Positions 1 through 13,049 of a stretch of DNA of 64,000 bases are shown here, piece after piece. Numbering within the stretch: the stretch's first letter is position 1; each line of letters starts with the position of its first letter. The translations under genes and the position numbers were made by a program. The DNA is from Trichoplax sp. H2 (Eukaryota). Location: assembly GCA_003344405.1 (NCBI GenBank), contig NOWV01000024.1:124001-188000 (forward strand). Reading direction: 5' to 3'. The notes under the pieces were generated by a model, which saw only the letters and a program-made list of their open reading frames with translations, made no database searches and had not been told where the DNA came from.

Positions 1-555
1 ACTTGACAGATACTACACCACATTAAGTCAGAGAAAAAGGACGGATTCGTTGGCTAAAAAAGGATAAATCGTATTAACTGCAAACTTAGATTTGTCTTTT
101 GGAGAATTCGTTTTCTTAACGTGAGTGCACATAGAAATCTAATATTCTCAAAGTAATTGTATGTGAATATCGTAGTTTTTGTTCATTGAAGTGAATTACT
201 ACATAGCTAGATTGAAAAGTAATGGCTGCCATTAGAGAAGATTAGTCCACTATCAAAATCATACTATTTAGTCAATGTATTATAGTTTACTGTAAACTAG
301 AAAAGCAAAACTGTAGCCTTCAGAAAGAGATTAGATTCATTATAAAAATAAAGATTTTATTACATCATGGATCAGCTAATCATCAATTACGGAATATGAG
401 TATGGTGAATGATTAATTAAGAAAATACAACCTTGTAATAGTGTTATATAATTATGAAATACTACTTAAAATGCTATACTTCTTTAACGTTTTATATTAC
501 TATATTATATAATAATAGATAGTTTGATGGATTAATTTCAGGATTTATAATAGAT

Positions 556-2646
556 ATGGAATTACACGAGGCTTGCGGTGTATTTGGTGTATTAGCCAAA
601 GAGCCTTGCGTAAAAATTGCTGAAGTAATATATCATGGACTAATTGGGCTACAACACAGGTAATGGAATTACTTTATTTCTCAAATTTAAACTAATGCCT
701 GAAATTAATAAACTATTTATGTAAATAATTAGATTGCAGATTTTGCTAGCATTGACAGGATGCTTTCTTCGACAATAGATAGTTATGTCATTTAGTATCT
801 GCGTGTATACAAACGGCTAAGCTAGAAAGAATAATTCATAAATTACATAGGATTATCTTATATTGCTAATGCTTATAGGGGTCAAGAGAGTGCGGGAATG
901 ATTATTAGTGACGGCACAACCATGAAAGAAATCAAAGGAATGGGTTTGGTAAGTCATATTATGACTGATGAAATGATGGATCGACTGTCTGGAGGGAAGC
1001 TAGGAATTGGACATACACGTTATTCCACGCAAGGTGCTTCAGATCTAGCTAATTGTCAGCCAATATCTACGGAGACATTTAGGGGCAGAATTGCTCTTGC
1101 TCATAATGGGCAACTGATCAATAAAGATCATTTGAGGAATCAATTATTATCGCAAGATATTAAATTAACCACGGAGAGCGATAGTGAAATTATACTGAAA
1201 ATATTAGCTGCCATTATGCTGAAATATAGCAATTACGATCCAGAATCAGCTGATTGGATGAAAGTTATTGAAGAATTTATGAACCAAAGTGTCTTGTCTT
1301 ATTCTTTCATCATGATGACCCGTGATCGTTTATATGGAGTTCGAGATCCTTATGGAAATAGGCCACTATGTATTGGAAGATTCCATGCTGAAGGTGATAC
1401 TACTAGAACGATGGGGTGGATTTTATCATCGGAATCTTCACCATTTCTCTCCATTTCAGCCAAACTATGGCGAGAAGTTCAACCAGGTGAAATTGCGTGC
1501 TTACATCTAAGTGATAGTGGCGACGAGAACTTGATATCTCATCCAAATCAAAATTGTACGAATAAGTTAGCATCGTGCCTTTTTGAATATGTATATTTTT
1601 CAAGATCTGACACTATTTTAGAAAATCAAATGGTCTATTCTGTCCGATTTCGATGTGGTCAATTACTCGCTATAAAAGCTCCAGTTTATAACGCTGACTT
1701 GGTTAGTTGCATCCCCAACTCTTCTACACCAGCTGCTCTAGGCTATTCCATACAGTCTGCAATTCCCTATGTACAAGTTTTGATCAGAAATACGTATGTT
1801 GGTCGAACTTTTATCCAGCCAAATCATCAAACCAGACAATCCAGTATTAAAAGAAAATTTGGGCTATTAACGGAGAATATTTTGGGGAAGAAAATAATCC
1901 TGATTGATGATTCGATAGTTCGTGGTAATACGATTATTCCATTAATTCAAGCATTAAAATCAGCAGGTGCTAAAGAGGTGATACAGAATAATAAGCTACG
2001 ATTTAAAAATTTTGCAATGTTAGTTACATTAATCTACAAAATTATTGTAGAATTTTGAAGACTTTTCTAGACATGTCGTATTATATAGGCTATATCTTGT
2101 CTAGCAAGTCAAAGCAGTCACAAAGTATAAGATGTTTAAACTTTACAATTGATTCGATATCTAAATTTAAAATAACACAGATCCATATTCGTGTTGCTTC
2201 TCCACCAGTCCGCCATCCTTGCTTTATGGGTATCGACATTCCTACTCAGGATGAATTAATTGCTAATAAAGTTGCTAGCTTGACTCAACTGGCTAAAAAA
2301 CTCGATGCCGATAGCGTAGAATATCTCTCATACCAAGACTTATTGCTAGCAGTGCAAAACGGTTAGCATTCTAAAGGCGAAATGTAGATACTTTATTACT
2401 TTAAGTGAGTAGTCAGTGAGCTGGCAAATAGGTAGTGATACTGAGTATGCCTACGAATATGCTACAATAACCAGCGTACTTTACTTTAATACTTGAGTTA
2501 GAGTTACATTTTAGAATTACACATTACTATTAGATATGTACTTTACTGATTGCTTTATCATCAAAGGTATTGGAGATAATAGTCCCAGGCGCGGATATTG
2601 TAGTGCCTGCTTTACTGGAGAATATCCCGTATCCTTGGATTGGTGA
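556..2646 (+). CDS. PPAT: Amidophosphoribosyltransferase (glutamine PRPP amidotransferase), 4 coding exons, 487 aa
   Basis: Exons 556-659, 879-1977, 2181-2361, 2567-2646 join in frame across GT-AG introns. Motifs: MELHEA-CGVFG (Ntn catalytic Cys after a propeptide), LQHRGQESAG, GHTRYST, AHNG, DSE, DDSIVRGNT (PRPP binding), IHIRVASPP, CFMGID, and C-terminal CSACFTGEYP..LDW (Fe-S ligands). Confidence 0.96.
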
Positions 2647-3855
2647 AAATGGAGATGCTACTTTTAAGATAAGCAACTAGTCGATGGCAAGAATAATAGT
2701 CTGGCTGAATGATTTTTAATGGGACTCTAACTGTGATTGGAATACAACGAGTCTTTTCGATGTAGCTAGGTATAGCAATATTAATTAAAAGTATAATATG
2801 CTCAAAAGACGCCGTTTTACCGTTCTTCTTCCAGCCAGAACAGTCACATTTTCCCTTAATTTATCGCAACAGTGATATATAACCCTCATATACGTTAGAG
2901 TTAAGTTATATTAATATACGAGATTAATTCCTACTGGTAACATTGCAATCTTAATTCCATGCATTGGTACGTAAAGGGTATTTATTGAATTGATATATTG
3001 GCTATTATTGTCTAATGGTTTTTATTACTGTTTCGTGCTTGATCGATGATATGATGATGCTTGATTGTTAATCTGCTAATGATTTGAAAATATGGTTTTA
3101 ATAATGTAAATAACAGTATAACCATTACAAATGCAAAGCCCTACTTCAAGGTATCAAGATATGTAATTGAAAACGCTTACAATAGAAGTGATGCTATATC
3201 ATAATAACTTTATATCTGTAGATATCGCTATTAATAATTATCGATTGTAGGTCAATGTTTCAACCTGTAAAGAATGCCAAAATGGCTTTTTTTTAAGCAA
3301 ATATGCATAAACCAAATTTCGATATGATTGATACGCGTTCGTAGGATTTTTTGCATGAATTAACACTGAATTTATTATGTTACTTTATAGCATCGCATAT
3401 TAAGGACTATAAATTGATATTTTAAGATTTAGATATTGCTTCAGAATATATTAGATTAACTAAAAAAAGTTCCTACGCTTAGATTACAAAGGGACTATGT
3501 AAATACTGAAAGTGTTTGTGAAATATGTACAGCATTTAAAATTTGCTAATACCAGTATGTATATCGATAAGAATAAATGTCAGATGCAATTAGTAGGTAC
3601 AATTGTACGATAAATATATGTCACGGGCGATACATATTGTACAATTTGTAAAATTCAAATAAATTATAATATTCCATATAGGCATTAGTACCGTATGTCC
3701 TAGTACATTTCTTAAGAAAAAAGGCTAAATTTTGTTATCGTACGGCGTTAGCAAGAATAATATATTAGCTGGTCATATCTGCTCACTATTGCTGTGTCTT
3801 TTATAATACAGTACATACATTAAATCATTCAATAGCTTCCAAGAAAATTAAGTAA

Positions 3856-6733
3856 TCATATTTCATTCGCGTTTTTGACGGCCATTTCCGGCTCGTTCTT
3901 GTAGCACATTAAGTATCCTTGAAGTGCAGCCATGCTAACATTTTTCTTTGCAGAGGTGACATTTTTGCTAAAATGAGTAAAAATGTAAACGTTCTGTCAA
4001 AAAATAGCCTATGCAAATTCAACGGATCAAAGATTGATAATTTTATTTTCTAATTTCATTTGCCCTCAATTTAAGGTTAACGAATAAGTGTTTCGCCACG
4101 TCAGTGTTACCATTAGCACGTATACTTACACAAACGTATTTGCCAATTCTCCACTATCGGGAAAGAATCTATTAAACATTCGAACCATTTGATTTGCATC
4201 TGCGTCGCCAAGATAGCATTTCATATCGACACGTCCTGGACGAATAAGGGCTGGATCTAGTCTATCGATATGATTTGTGGTCATAAAAACTAGCCTCTGT
4301 TCCGATGACGCCACACCATCAAGAGCGTTCAATAAGCCGCTTTTATGTATTGAAAATGAACACAAATGCAATGTCCAAGGTTACATCATACAGCCACATG
4401 GTAATTAGTAACTAGGCCAAAAAGTAGCAGCAATACATACCTAAAGGTTACACCCGTTACAAAGCCTTTTGCAACGCTAGCAGCATCTCTTTTCATGAAT
4501 GCCACGTCAATATCTTCCAGGAGTACAATACTTTGATGTGGAACCGTACTAAGCGATTGAATCAGACTAAGGCAAGATAAGCAGTTTAGAGTTATTAAAA
4601 AATGAATAAAACGTATACTGTAGATGAAAGATAAATCAGATCCATTCACTACCGCAGTATGACAAGATTGCGAATTACATTTATAGATTAATGGACCAAG
4701 TTTATTTCTGATACATATTTGCAACAAGGACTCACCTATCATCCGTCAAGCCACGCTGTGAGAGATTTAAGATACAAATATTATAATCTAATTCACCAGC
4801 AACAGCAGTTATAAAACTAGTTTTTCCACTTCCAGGTGGCCCATAAAGTAAATAACCACGTCGATAAGGGATCCCTACAATTATCGATTTCATTACAAGC
4901 GCACTAATTGAACAGATGTATTCCTACACTAGTTAGGCTTTATGTTATAGCTAACCATAATATCAGATTAAGAATATACGCAATACGGATATTGTACAGT
5001 CTCATAAGGAATCACAAATCTCAATTAAGCCTACTGATTTTTCTACCTCTTGTACGATACCAGTTAGTATTTGTTAAAAAATCGTGAATATCATCCATGA
5101 TTTTTTCAGCTAGTCCATCTTGTAAGATGACAGACTTGATATTTCTCTTGAGCCTTGGAAGACCGAATGGTCTCCATTCTGTGCCCCAGCTAGTATAAAT
5201 TACAGTCTTGCCTTCATTTAATGACTCCGCTCTAAGTTTAGCTTCGTATAAAAAGTTCTCAAATAATTTCAAATCTTTTCCAATAGCTGTGAAAGTGACC
5301 GTTTCAAATGGCACACCATTTGTTAGATCAAGCATTTGCTTTTCTCGTATTCGTTCTACACTTAACCAATTGCCTTTATAACGGATGAAATGTCTACCAG
5401 GGCAAGGTGAATATGAAAATTCTGTGCTAAAACTATAAGAGAAAGCGATCTTGAATGTTATGTAAAAATCTTATTTGTCCTATAGCATAGCAGGTATAAT
5501 ATGTTAGCCAGAACTGTAAACAATACTATTTTTGCCATCTATACTGTTCTATCTATGAAGGGTTTTTTAAATTTCAACAAGCAAAACTACTGTCTATAGC
5601 ACAAGACTTATAAGGTATGAATGCTTTACAGAAATAGAAGTCACAAGGGCATTGATTATCCTTACTCTAAATCAATAAGCAGTCAGTGAGCGTGAATTCT
5701 TAGCAACTCTGCAAATCATTATCTTACGCCATTGTACAATTTTAAGCAAATTTACAAATTCGAGCAACCAACTGCTATTCTCGTGGTAGGGTAAATAATG
5801 AAGGAAACGCGCTACGTAAAGTCGAAGAGCTGATAGGTTATCGTTTCGGTAGATTACTAACCAAGTTCTATGCAAGTTTCGCATTGTACAAGTGCCTGAA
5901 TCTAGCGATAATCATGGAATCTAAAGATAATCATCCATACCGTTGTGTCTATGAATGATTATGCATGAGTTGACAGAATGATAGAATTACTACTATCTTG
6001 GTATAGCAAATTGTGAGCTAGATGAGTTGATAAGCAAGATAGTAAGTAATAAGGTTTACGACATCGACGTCCATCATGCATGCAAATTAAAATCTATACT
6101 GTCGTGTTCGTTGCTGATACATCACTATTGATTAGTTTGAGGCATCCCCAAATTATCATGACTGTAGATGCATCTACGGCTATATTTACTAATTAGAAGA
6201 ATCACTAGAAATATTACTCTATCAAGTACACACACGCTAATGCATAGGCATTGAAAACTATCGTAAAAGATGGACGAATTGGAGAATTGATTGATGTATT
6301 TTGTATCCTTGCAGTTTTCCATCACAAGCATAGGATAGTATGTATCACCCTTGGAAGAATAGCTAATTTACATGATTGATTGGTTAACATCACCGTACGA
6401 TGAGATAAAGTATTGGAGCTACATAAGCTAAAAACGAATTATTTCCAGTATTTCTACATTCATTTCTACCCTAGCTTACCGTCCATTAGCTAGTTGAATC
6501 GATTTGGTTTGGACAGTAACATGTTGAGTTTTGCTGCCTTGCTCAGTAATCCATTGCAAAACCCATGGGTAACTTGGGTCCTTACTGGTAACTTCAAGTG
6601 TTCGCAATAGATTTCGTTTGGCCAGTACTAAACTTCCTTGCAATCCTTTCCTCAACATTGTAATGCCTAGACCGATTCCAGCTAGGCCAAAACCTGCTGA
6701 AAAATAAGGATTATCACCTAAAGCCTCCAACAT
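3856..6733 (-). CDS. BCS1L: Mitochondrial chaperone BCS1 (AAA ATPase), 6 exons, 408 aa
   Basis: Exons 6733-6480, 5432-5047, 4874-4736, 4566-4441, 4339-4130, 3967-3856 join in frame. Motifs: [12 protein letters not shown]-terminus, [31 protein letters not shown] (Walker A), LLEDID (Walker B), [42 protein letters not shown]. Confidence 0.96.
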
Positions 6734-6989
6734 GGTGGTGCAGATTAATGAAGAAGAAGCTCGACGAGATGACTGATGCAAGCTTGCACAATCGCCAGTC
6801 ACAGTTATACACAACCGGAACCAGATTCTGCCAGTCTGATTTATTTACCGTATCAGTGTATTGCGCTATTGTACTCTATTTTGACTGGGATTCAATCTTG
6901 TAGCGCCAACATCTACTTTATTATTACTATTTTATATGACAGTACCCTGCTGTCGGTGGATTTGTATGTGCCATCAGACTACTGCTATA

Positions 6990-7878
6990 CTATATCCTTC
7001 TTTCGACATCAGCTTTAGCAATATAGTTTGATATAGAATTCATTTGATAGGGTGTTGAAAAGTATGAAAAGAGGTCAAGCCATGCTCTAACTTAGGAATC
7101 GACGCTATATCCTTATTTTGACGTTAGCTATAGTAATATAGCTTGATATAGAATTCATCCAATAGCTGTTGAAAAGTATGCAATGAGGTCAAGTCTTGCT
7201 CTAACTTAGGAATCGACGCTATGTCCTTATTTTGACATCAGCTATAGCAATATAGTTTGATATAGAATTCATTTGATAGGTGTTGAAAAGTATGCAATGA
7301 GGTCAAGTCTTGCTCTAACCTAGCAATCGACGCTATATTCTTATTTTGATGTCAGCTATAGCAATATAGTTTGATATAGAATTCATCCAATAGCTGTTGA
7401 AAAGTATGCAACGAGGTCAAGTCTTGCTCTAACCTAGCAATCGACTCTATATCCTTATTTTGACATCAGCTATAGCAATATAGTTTGATAAAGAATTCAT
7501 CCAATAGCTGTTGAAAAGTATGCAACGAGGTCAAGTCTTGCTCTAACCTAGCAATTGACGCTATATCCTTATTTTGACATCAGCTTTAGCAATATAGTTT
7601 GATATGGAATTCATTTGATAGGTATTGAAAAGTATGCAATGAGGTCAAGTCTTGCTCTAACCTAGCAATCGACTCTATATCCTTATTTTGACGTTAGCTA
7701 TAGTAATATAGTTTGATATAGAATTCATTTGATAGGTGTTGAAAAGTATGCAATGAGGTCAAGTCTTGCTCTAGCTTAGGAATCAACGCTATGTCCTTAT
7801 TTTGACGTCAGCTATAGTAATATAGTTTGATATAGAATTCATTTAATAGCTGTTGAAAAGTATAGAAGGAGGTCAAGT
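6990..7878. repeat. Tandem array of about 7.8 copies of a 114-bp unit
   Basis: GAATTC recurs at 7036, 7151, 7265, 7379, 7493, 7607, 7721 and 7835 (spacing 115, then 114). Units are highly similar. Confidence 0.97.
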
Positions 7879-10800
7879 TTTTGCATGCATCCAGCTCTTC
7901 TATGTTATGTTTTAGAAACGAGTTCACTTCGTCAATAAGATTTGTAACTGCAATTTATTATTAATGATCGGTATTGACAGCTACATGAGGTTGCACCTCG
8001 ATACCATTACAATTTATACTTCGCACTATAATTAGTAAATTATCAGTCTGCCTTTTACAACGGTAGCACCTACAGTGTCACAAGTACTACCATACAATTA
8101 TCAGATAGGTACATATACTGTATAGTGTTTCTAACTAATCGTATAACATACTAGCCACCGATAAAATTTTACTCCAGAATCCTTGTACATGATTGCATTA
8201 TACGCTAAAGTTTCTGTATAGATCTAGCTCATCTAATTAACGATAAAATTAAAACTTAGACCATGGATAAGGAAGTGTTGTTAAACTAGTTTATTTAATT
8301 AAGAGGGTAAAGAACGGAAAGGTTGGAAAGTAAAGTTTCAGCATACATCCAGCTCTATTAATTACCTATAAAATCTTACTCCATAATCCGTATACATAAT
8401 TGCACTATTCAGTAGCTAGTCTGCAGGAAACTGGGGCGATACCGTCGTAGTTCGGCAATAAAACTATTTGTTTATTTACTAACTGATCTATAAAGGTGCT
8501 GGCAATTATTGTAAATGCTCATGCTGCGACGTAAGATCGCAACACATAAAAAGCAAAAAGGCTTAAAATCATATTAGAATTAAAGTTGCACTGTACATCT
8601 ATTATATTATTATTTAAATAGATGATCAGGCCAATATTTGCACAGTGTTATTAATACAGTACAGTATATTAACCTTCTGTTTAATTCAAAATCCAATACT
8701 CTGAAGATAGGCAACAAAAATCAGTGAGTTACACAAAGCAAATACTCGTATGCCTTGCAGAATGTCATTTTCAAAATAATATTATGAAATTTAGATAATC
8801 AAGGAAACCTTGTAAGGTTACAAGGTATAATCTTGTATGAGGTTCCTCAAATTAGATATACTTCATATAGGAATGAATAAGCATCAGGTTTGGATCTTTC
8901 AAATAATTAAACTAGACTTTATTTTACTTCGCGGATAAAAGATATATACATAGAGAAGATTTTTTTGCTCCTTCTGCACATGCGAAACTTATGTTTCAGT
9001 AGCATCAAGAATATAAAATCATATTCATAATTTAGTTTTATTAAAATAACTGATACACTTTACTGGAGAGCGATAGGACTATGAAAAACATTAGAAATCA
9101 GTAATAGCCCTGTATCTTTATCAAGATAGTTTGTGCAAAATTAAATTCTAACAATAAACACAATATCGTTCGTGACTGAAACATGATTACATGTGTATAT
9201 ATAGTCCAAAGATATCCTTATTATCGTTTATTATCGGGGTATGCATTGTAGATAAAAGAAATATCAACGGCTTGGAGCTGTTATTCTAATTCTTTTAAAT
9301 AGGTTGTCACTTGCATCAACTGCCTTTATATGCAGGTAACTATGAATTTTAGAATTAATTACCTTATCATTATTGCACGATCCATTTTTCCGCTTTTAAT
9401 CCTTCCGTGAGCATATTAATAAATAAACAGATAAAAACATAGAAATATGACTAGATCAGTTATAATTGCCATAAATGTAATTAACGCGGCAAGTTTCTGA
9501 TAAAATTCGAGGGAAGGAAATCTTTTATCCATTTTAATTTGACGATACTCAAAAACTAGAGGTCTTTCATCTGATAGTTAAAAAATTTGTTGACTGCAAT
9601 TTAATTCATAAATTAACGGCAGCTGAATATTTATCTACAGCCACGGGTTCAAATAAGTTACGTAGCTCAGCATGAAGAGTAGATCTATTTTGAGATACTC
9701 ATATTTATTTCAGAAGAGCTATTATTCAGTACGTGACTAACCTCTATGCAGTAAGACTGTTCTACTATCATGACCTGAATGTTAATACTCTATCCAGAAG
9801 ATATGTCAATAGTTTGTCTAGAGTTAGTCTAATTAAAACTTAGACTATATTACACTCATACTTTTAATCGTTTAATATGCAATTAATGTCTGCTGCACTA
9901 GCATTATAATTGGTTGGATAAACGTTCGTATTAATTGTTTTACATCATATTAAATTAAATTATTCTCAACGGATGAAAAAGAGAATTGGTTTGACCTTTA
10001 TCTATGATGCGGAAATTAAATTAATCAAGTCACGATTTCTAATTCGATCGGTTAATTAGCATACTCCCCAATGTTGTTACAATAATATTTTATGCCTTTT
10101 CGTGACCGACTTGACTATGATATAATATGTTCTGTCAATTTTATTTTTGATTGTATTGTACCGATTAACAATAAATAATAAATCAGATTGTAAACAATAT
10201 GTTATTGAAAATTGATCAAAATACCCATCACACCATAAAGTTGCCTCATAAGGATCTTAAGTGCAATCGGGAAAAATTAAAATATATAAGATTTATTAAT
10301 CTTATTTTACCATTGCTTCATTACATTTATTTTTATATATTAAGGAAATAAAATTATAGTTGCAAATTTAATATAGCCCATCATTCTTAATATGAAAATT
10401 ATTTCAGCTTTAATTGTGATAGGGCTGTCTTCAGTTACTTGATCATAAAACAAATAGTTGCAAAGTATATCAACATCTATATTTTCATTTAGAATACTAT
10501 CAGAAATTTGATTGCATTGAGCAACTGCTTTATTGCAATTACTGTAATTGAATTTATCAACATATCCCTTAATTTTTTTGTTTAATTTGATTCTGGCTTA
10601 TATTTTAATTAAAAGATATAATTGATTTATCTAATAACTACATAGAAATGAATTATAATATTCGTTTATCAAATGCTAATCAAATTTATCGGATCTTGAT
10701 AGTCCTTTTTAAACAAAGAATTGAAACATTAATGGTAGATTAATAGTTTGAATTTATTTTATAGTGTAAAGTCTAAAGCAATTAATAGGAAATCTTTCAT

Positions 10801-12718
10801 CCTTTTAGATTTGGATATTGGTTTAAATAAGGTTTCGCTTTAAGTTACCGGAATGCATGACAATATATTAACTTTATTTTATTATTTTAGATTTAGATAT
10901 TATATTCAAGAAGATGTTTTTTTTAATTTATGAATTTCCTGACAGTTACTCATGGTATTTTTATCACTTTAGGCTTGGATATAGTGGAAGGTTCCTTGTT
11001 GAAATATCATAAAAATTAATAATATATAATTATCATTGATGCATTGCATGAATAACTATAACACACAGGTAATTTATTTGATCCTACTTAATAATAATGC
11101 GGTTCGTAGTGGGCAGGATTTACTAATTTCGGCACGATAGAATTTATTTCGGTTAACGATAAATCAGCGTTTAAAATCAAATCAAAGATTTAGTGACCAG
11201 GAAGGAAAATTAGATCGTATCTCTACGGATGACAATTACTATTAAGCATAATTTGAATTTATAGCATATTTAGCAATCAGAGCAACATTATCAATTTACC
11301 ATTACTGCTGTTATTAGTAATATCTAGAGATATTGTTATAAGTTCCTCTATTGTATGGACTATAAGAGTCGAAAGAATAGGCTTGAATTTGTCATTTCAT
11401 TATACTATGATCAATTTTTTTTATATTTACCATGTACGTCTAACTATTTATGCGCCTATATCTCAATATATTATGAAATTTTATAAAGCTAGTTCTCATA
11501 TATGACCACTAAATTTATATTCATTTTTTCGTTATACGCTTACTTCCAAGTAAGCCTCATCTTCTTATAACTCAAAACGTATTAAATCTTGTATTTGCAA
11601 AACTGTATTTATCGTTAGTTATTATGATATATAATTTATTGGTTTTAATGGCATAAACCTACCCTAAGGTGATTAACTTAACTATAATGCAGCTGTCTCA
11701 CAGTTCTAAAGGGATATTCAATTATAACGTTATCATCAAATTTAATTTCACAAAAATCTTGAATTTCTCTCATCATCTATTAACTAATTTTAAATTTTGA
11801 TGAAAAACTATTGTTTTTTATTCACTGTACGACACAGTCTATTATTTTAATCTATTGCGATCCCCTAACATGAACTATGTCGGCAGGTAGAGTAAAAAGT
11901 AAAAATAAAAAGCGATTTTAATTTGTTGTATATTACGCTATAATATTTCGCTTTGCTACCATATAAAATAATTACTGGCCAATTCAAAATTTACTATACC
12001 ATATTACTAAATAGCATCCAAAAGGATATAGTAATTAAATTACCTATTTATGACATAGTTTGAATTGACTTTATTTCCTATACGGTATTTAATCCTATCG
12101 CCTTGTAATGTTTCTTTAACAGCATTCTATTATGATAAAATTTTTAACATCGGTCCGATAATAATTAATTTTGACAAAGACGGCATCGTTGTCTTAACAT
12201 CAATCTTTAATCACCAATTTTAGTAAGATAAAACAAATAAGTTTTTGTTATGAGTTTATTTTCTATAATTACATTTTAATATTATTAGGCAATTGAGAAT
12301 TTAATTATTTCGTCTTTTTTATTACTGCATGTCTTGCACTAATTTTCCAGTAAAGATTTGTAATTCTATTTGCGCCTACAATAAATAAGATCATTTATTG
12401 GGTAAATAAATAGAACGTCACTTACAGTATTATGGATTCAGCGGATTTTTATCCGCGTTTTACTGAAACTCTATTGCTAACAAAAAAAGTTAAGAAATTA
12501 TCTAATAAGAGCCTTTATATCATATAATCTATTGCAAATTAGCGAAATGTAATACCAAATACAGACGTAAATCATGGAATAGAATCAATCCTTTTAATCT
12601 TATAATTAGAATTTAAATCAAAAACAAGCCAACTAAATTAAGGATGATAGATTAGTAATCTGATTAAGTTTATTTAAGAACAACAATTTTCATAACTGTC
12701 AGTTCAGTAGCCTTGTTA

Positions 12719-13049
12719 CCGTCCAAGTACGAAATCCAGTCAATTCGCGAAATACCTAGTCAATTTGCAAAATGTCATACATATTGCATTATTAACCGAT
12801 GCAAATGCTTTAAGGCTAATGTAAATGTTTGGCAATTACTTCTGTAATGGCAAGTTACATATGTATTGATTATTTGAATCAGTCTACTATTATTATTCTA
12901 ATCATCAAAGAAATATGGATTCTCTGGTTTTTTTAGTAATATTACTGCATGAATGAAGATAGTTTCTCTGATTTACGTGTTTTGGTATTTTGCAGTTTGC
13001 GAACTGGCTAGGCATTTCACAGATATACTGAACTTCGTTCTCAAACAGG
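12719..13049. mobile_element. MITE-like element with about 60-bp imperfect terminal inverted repeats, flanked by TA
   Basis: Left end CCGTCCAAGTACGAAATCCAGTCAATTCGCGAAATACCTAGTCAATTTGCAAAATG aligns with the reverse complement of the right end (CCTGTTTGAGAACGAAGTTCAGTATATCTGTGAAATGCCTAGCCAGTTCGCAAACTG). TA at 12717-12718 and 13050-13051. Confidence 0.55.

Noticed and set aside
6734..6814. N-terminal extension of BCS1L from the ORF track
   Set aside because: It starts at a non-ATG codon; family similarity begins at the ATG at 6733.
6990..7878. CRISPR array or tandem hammerhead ribozymes
   Set aside because: The whole unit repeats with no unique spacers, there is no CUGANGA/GAAA core, and the context is eukaryotic.
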